From Phyllobacteriaceae bacterium UBA1059 (lineage in GTDB: Bacteria; Pseudomonadota; Alphaproteobacteria; Rhizobiales; Rhizobiaceae), in contig DCDI01000115.1 in assembly GCA_002316345.1 (NCBI GenBank), positions 1-53,631 on the forward strand: a stretch of 53,631 bases of DNA, in the 5' to 3' direction. Of this stretch, positions 49,825 to 53,631 are shown one piece after another. The translations under genes were made by a program, and so were the position numbers. How positions within the stretch are numbered: position 1 is the stretch's first letter; every line of letters starts with the position of its first letter. The notes beneath the pieces are model-generated. The model did not search any database and was not told the origin of the DNA. It saw nothing but the letters and a program-made list of their open reading frames with translations.

Positions 49825-50743
49825 CACGGTGGCGATCGCAGGCGGCCTTGAGGATAGCGATCGCGCCATCTATCGCTTCGCTGCCGGACGCTTCCTTAAC
49901 CGTTAGACCGAAGGTCGAGGCTGCTACTCCGTAAAGCCCGTTAAGACCATCATTGCCCACAATTGCCACCTCATCACCCGCCTTGAACCAGCCTTCCTCA
50001 GACGCTTGTCGGAACTCCTGTCCGATTACGAGACCTGAGACATAGGAGCGCAACTCGTCAGCAGAAATTTCTTTCGCAAGTCCCCCGGTGCGAGCCGAAA
50101 AGAGCAGGGAAAGCATAGCACCTGTGCCGGCAGCTTCCTTCAGGCCACGCCGAAAGGCTGCTGCATCTTCGACCGGGGGATTGGCCGCCCCACGTGCGAT
50201 GAAGGAATGGTTCATGAGAAGTGAGAAGATCTCGCCGGTGACAAAGGTCTGAAAACGAGCAATCCGTCCGTCAGCCACAAGGGCCCACTTGCTATGGGTT
50301 CCAGGCAGGATCACCGTCCGGTTGCTTGCTAGTCCCAGGCCGACCACCTGTGTCTCCTCGCCCCGCATCACATCTGCAAACGGCTTCCCGGCAGGGTCAG
50401 TGAGGCCGGCCAGAAACACTAGTTGCGAGCCATTTGGTAGTGTTCGGGTGACCGTCCCATGGCTTAATTCCTCCAAGCCAGCAGGGCAGTGCACGTAGTC
50501 AACCTCGACCCAGCCGTTCCGGCTGGTGATCATGCCTAGTGCTGCAATCGGCAGAGCGCCGTGAGCGGTAAGCCAAGGCTGCAAAGTCTCCAGCAAAACC
50601 TTCTCGTGCTCGCCTTTAGCAAGAACGGAGATGCCCTGTTGTGTCTCCAGGTGGTCAAGGGCCTGCCCTTCCGCGGTCACGAGGGTCGCCCGGAGAGAGG
50701 TCGTTCCCCAATCAACAATAATCGAAGCCGCTTGTTGTCCCAT
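49817..50743 (-). CDS. dgoK: 2-dehydro-3-deoxygalactonokinase-family protein
   Basis: VDWGTTSLR, GMITSRNGW, DVMRGEETQ, LPGTHSKW. Confidence 0.9.
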   Translation of the reverse strand: MGQQAASIIVDWGTTSLRATLVTAEGQALDHLETQQGISVLAKGEHEKVLLETLQPWLTAHGALPIAALGMITSRNGWVEVDYVHCPAGLEELSHGTVTRTLPNGSQLVFLAGLTDPAGKPFADVMRGEETQVVGLGLASNRTVILPGTHSKWALVADGRIARFQTFVTGEIFSLLMNHSFIARGAANPPVEDAAAFRRGLKEAAGTGAMLSLLFSARTGGLAKEISADELRSYVSGLVIGQEFRQASEEGWFKAGDEVAIVGNDGLNGLYGVAASTFGLTVKEASGSEAIDGAIAILKAACDRHRDV

Positions 50744-50822
50744 GTCGAGGATCCCTTGGCAGTTGCGTGGCAGGCCTTGTCTTACGAGCGAACTTCGCTT
50801 AGTGTCAATTTGTGATTTACAT

Positions 50823-50839
50823 GTCTCATATTATGATAC
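50823..50839. promoter_or_regulatory. Palindrome in the divergent promoter region (candidate operator)
   Basis: GTcTCATA-T-TATGAtAC. Confidence 0.4.
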
Positions 50840-50854
50840 TAAATGGATTGCGCT

Positions 50855-51763
50855 ATGAGTTCTGATCTGACTGGTATTCTTCCGGTTCTACCGACGCCTT
50901 TCGCTCTAGGCGGCGACGTCGATCGCTTGGGGATGGCGAAGTTGACCAAATTCGCTTTGGCCCATGGGGTACACGGCGTGGTGTTTCCTGGCTTCGCCAG
51001 CGAGGTGGAGACGCTGACCGGCCAGGAGCGAGCTGATCTACTCAAGATCGTGGTGGCAGAAGTGGGCGGGCGTGTACCAATTATCGCCGGCGCCAGCGCT
51101 GCCACCTGGGAAGAAGTGGTTGCGCACGGATCTGCAGCTGCCGCCCTGGGCATCCGGCACCTGATGGTTCAGCCTCCGAAATCGGTTGGTATCGACGCTC
51201 CCGCCTTGATCGACTTCTTGGGCAAGGTGTTGGATGCGCTACCCTCTATAGAGATCATCCTTCAGAATGCGCCGGCCCCCCGGGGTTCGGATTTAAGTCC
51301 CGCCGCGATCATCGAGATTATTACCGCCCTTCCCCGTGTGGCCTATGTGAAGGAAGAGACGCTTCCTGCTGGACCCGCGATCAGTCACATCATCGCCAAT
51401 GCCCCACAAACGCTGAAGGGCGTGATCGAAGGCGGTGGTGCTCGCTATGTTCTTGACGAATATGCACGCGGGGCAACTGCGGCCATGCCTGCTCTCGAGA
51501 TCGTCGACGAGCATGTCGCCTTGACGCGCGCCTGGAACGAAGGAAGGCGAGACGAAGCCCGCCAGATCTACGTCCGTACGTTGCCACTGCTCGTGCTTCA
51601 GGCTGTCTACCGCATGCGCCTGACGAAATATGTGTTGAGGCGCCGTGGTGTCATCGAACACATCGACGTTAGGGCGCCAACGCCAATGCTTGATGACCCA
51701 GCGTGCACCGATATCGATCGGAACTTGTCAGAACTTGGCTTGCTGGTCGCGGAAGCAGCATGA
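50855..51763 (+). CDS. DHDPS/NAL-family aldolase or dehydratase
   Basis: GILPVLPTPF, PGFASE, YVKEE Schiff-base lysine. Confidence 0.88.
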   Translation: MSSDLTGILPVLPTPFALGGDVDRLGMAKLTKFALAHGVHGVVFPGFASEVETLTGQERADLLKIVVAEVGGRVPIIAGASAATWEEVVAHGSAAAALGIRHLMVQPPKSVGIDAPALIDFLGKVLDALPSIEIILQNAPAPRGSDLSPAAIIEIITALPRVAYVKEETLPAGPAISHIIANAPQTLKGVIEGGGARYVLDEYARGATAAMPALEIVDEHVALTRAWNEGRRDEARQIYVRTLPLLVLQAVYRMRLTKYVLRRRGVIEHIDVRAPTPMLDDPACTDIDRNLSELGLLVAEAA

Positions 51764-52926
51764 GCAGTCCTGTCGTCTCGGTCGAAGTCTTTACGCTAAC
51801 CCAACCCCGCAAGGTTCCTTATCTTGGCGCCCTGCGTGAAGGTGAGGTGGTCAATGCAAACGGCTACATCGTTCGCAAGGGCAACCGCACCGTCTATCCA
51901 ACCTTCGACCGCAGCGTTCTCGTCAGGATGGTGACGGACGCTGGCGTGGTTGGCTGGGGCGAGACATACGGCATCGTCGCCCCGGGCACGGTTGCAGCGC
52001 TCATAAACGACCTGCTTGCAGGATTTGTCATCGGCCGAGACGCTTTCGACCCATCCGCCGTCTATGACGATCTCTACGACATGATGAGGGTCCGCGGCTA
52101 TATAGGTGGTTTCTATGTCGATGCATTGGCAGCTCTGGACATCGCGCTTTGGGATATCGCAGGCCAGGAGGCAGGCAAACCCATAAGCGAGATGTTGGGA
52201 GGCGGCAAAGAAAGTTTTCCAGCCTATGTTTCTGGTCTGCCGGAACGGACGTTGGCGGCGCGCGGCGAGCTAGCCAAATACTGGCAAGATCGCGGCTTTG
52301 ATTCATTCAAGTTCGCTACACCCGTCGCAGATGACGGCCCTGCCCGCGAAATGGAGAACCTCCGCAACATTCTTGGACCGCGGGCCAAGATCGCCGCAGA
52401 CATGCACTGGAACCAAACACCAGAACGCGCCCTCGAATTGATCGAGGAAATGGCGCCCTACGATCCATGGTTTGCGGAAGCACCGGTTTGGACGGAAGAC
52501 ATTGCAGGTCTCGAGAAAGTCTCCAAAGGCACTAGCATCCCTATTGCAGTTGGCGAAGAGTGGCGAACGCATTGGGATATGCTGGCTCGTATCGAGCGGT
52601 GTCGCATCGCAATCGTCCAGCCCGAAATGGGCCACAAGGGCATCACCAACTTCATTCGCATCGGCGCGCTGGCAGCCAAGCACAAAATCGACGTGATCCC
52701 GCATGCCACGGTAGGTGCGGGAATTTTTCTGGCTGCAAGCCTCCATGCGGCATCGACCCTGCCCACCATGCGCGGACACGAGTTCCAGCATTCGATCTTC
52801 GAGCCGAACCGGCGGCTCCTGGTGGGCAACATGGATTGCCGTGAAGGTCGGTATCACTTGCCGACAGGTCCCGGCCTGGGAGTGCGGCCGTCCGAAGCAG
52901 CGCTTTCTCTACTCGAGCGCATCTGA
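51760..52926 (+). CDS. Mandelate racemase/enolase-superfamily sugar-acid dehydratase
   Basis: GWGE, DIALWDI, ADMHW, FAEAP, VGEE; ATGA overlap with the preceding gene. Confidence 0.88.
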   Translation: MSSPVVSVEVFTLTQPRKVPYLGALREGEVVNANGYIVRKGNRTVYPTFDRSVLVRMVTDAGVVGWGETYGIVAPGTVAALINDLLAGFVIGRDAFDPSAVYDDLYDMMRVRGYIGGFYVDALAALDIALWDIAGQEAGKPISEMLGGGKESFPAYVSGLPERTLAARGELAKYWQDRGFDSFKFATPVADDGPAREMENLRNILGPRAKIAADMHWNQTPERALELIEEMAPYDPWFAEAPVWTEDIAGLEKVSKGTSIPIAVGEEWRTHWDMLARIERCRIAIVQPEMGHKGITNFIRIGALAAKHKIDVIPHATVGAGIFLAASLHAASTLPTMRGHEFQHSIFEPNRRLLVGNMDCREGRYHLPTGPGLGVRPSEAALSLLERI

Positions 52927-52947
52927 ATATAATTGGGAGGAAAAAAG

Positions 52948-53631
52948 ATGAGGAAGCTTCTACGCAGCCTGGTACTAACCACGGCCGCCTATGCACTTGT
53001 TGCTTCAAGCGGGGCAACGCCCGCTTTCGCGGACACAGTCCTGAAGTTCATTTCCTGGCAAACGGATGATGCAGGGACGGGCGAATGGTGGAAAGCCGCA
53101 ATCGCGGAATTCGAGAAGCAGCACCCTGGCGTCAGGATCGAGTTCACGAAAGCCGAACGTAGCTCGTATGCCGACACGATGACGACGCTCTTCGCAGCGG
53201 GCACGCCGCCTCAGATCGTCCATCTTGCTTCCTTCGAATTCCAGATGTTTGCAGACAATGGCTGGCTTGAGCCGCTCGATAGCCGGATCGAAAAAGATGG
53301 TATCGACCTGAACGGGTGGGCCGGGCAGCAGAAATGCGAGTGGAACGGCGAAACCGTCTGCATCATGACGAACTATTTTGGCTTCGTCATGGCTTACAAC
53401 AAGAAGATCCTCGACCAGGCAGGGTTGGCTGTCCCGACCAGTTATCAAGAGTTTTTTGATGTCGCTAAGGCAACAACGAAAGACCTCAACGGTGATGGCA
53501 TCGTTGATCAATTCGGGACCGGCCATGAGACCAAGGGCGGTCCCGGGCAGTATCTGACCGAGATGTTGAACTACATTTTGGATGCAGGCGCGTACTGGAC
53601 GGACAAGGATGGCAATATCACTATCGATACG
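52948..53631 (+). CDS. Carbohydrate ABC substrate-binding protein (runs off the window)
   Basis: GGGAGG RBS; MRKLLRSLVLTTAAYALVASSGATPAFA signal peptide; FEKQHPGVRIE; no stop within the window. Confidence 0.85.
   Translation, partial: MRKLLRSLVLTTAAYALVASSGATPAFADTVLKFISWQTDDAGTGEWWKAAIAEFEKQHPGVRIEFTKAERSSYADTMTTLFAAGTPPQIVHLASFEFQMFADNGWLEPLDSRIEKDGIDLNGWAGQQKCEWNGETVCIMTNYFGFVMAYNKKILDQAGLAVPTSYQEFFDVAKATTKDLNGDGIVDQFGTGHETKGGPGQYLTEMLNYILDAGAYWTDKDGNITIDT

Noticed and set aside
1..53631. CRISPR arrays, tRNA/rRNA genes, IS transposases, integrase
   Set aside because: None detected by eye: no regularly spaced repeats and no transposase or tyrosine-recombinase motifs.

Overview
GC-rich alphaproteobacterial (probably Rhizobiaceae-like) accessory DNA from a plasmid or integrated mobile element. 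Two defence islands flank metabolic cargo. Left island (1-12.0 kb, mostly minus strand): an ABC-three-component/Lamassu-type operon with a flavin-oxidoreductase effector, a frameshifted STAND/NACHT NTPase with a C-terminal PD-(D/E)xK nuclease, a decayed Mrr-like nuclease, umuDC remnants and a solo TIR protein. Next come a MOBQ mobilisation module (traD-traC-oriT-traA, AlpA-family regulator), a complete-looking ectoine/hydroxyectoine catabolic and uptake cluster without eutA (16.4-29.0 kb), an RpiR-linked ABC transporter with a histidine phosphatase, a STAND-TPR regulator with SnoaL and Ig-like partners, and a DEDDh exonuclease with a broken resolvase. Right island (41.7-48.3 kb): a co-oriented run of a TIR/NDT-fold-nuclease plus restriction-nuclease pair, a decayed RelE/HigBA-like toxin-antitoxin pair, and a second, short (DUF2326-type) Lamassu operon translationally coupled to a DUF3800-like gene. 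The window ends in a sugar-acid catabolic locus. The best candidates for undescribed biology are the TIR/NDT-nuclease + nuclease pair and the four-gene Lamassu+DUF3800 operon. All family calls are from motif recognition by eye, with no database searches.
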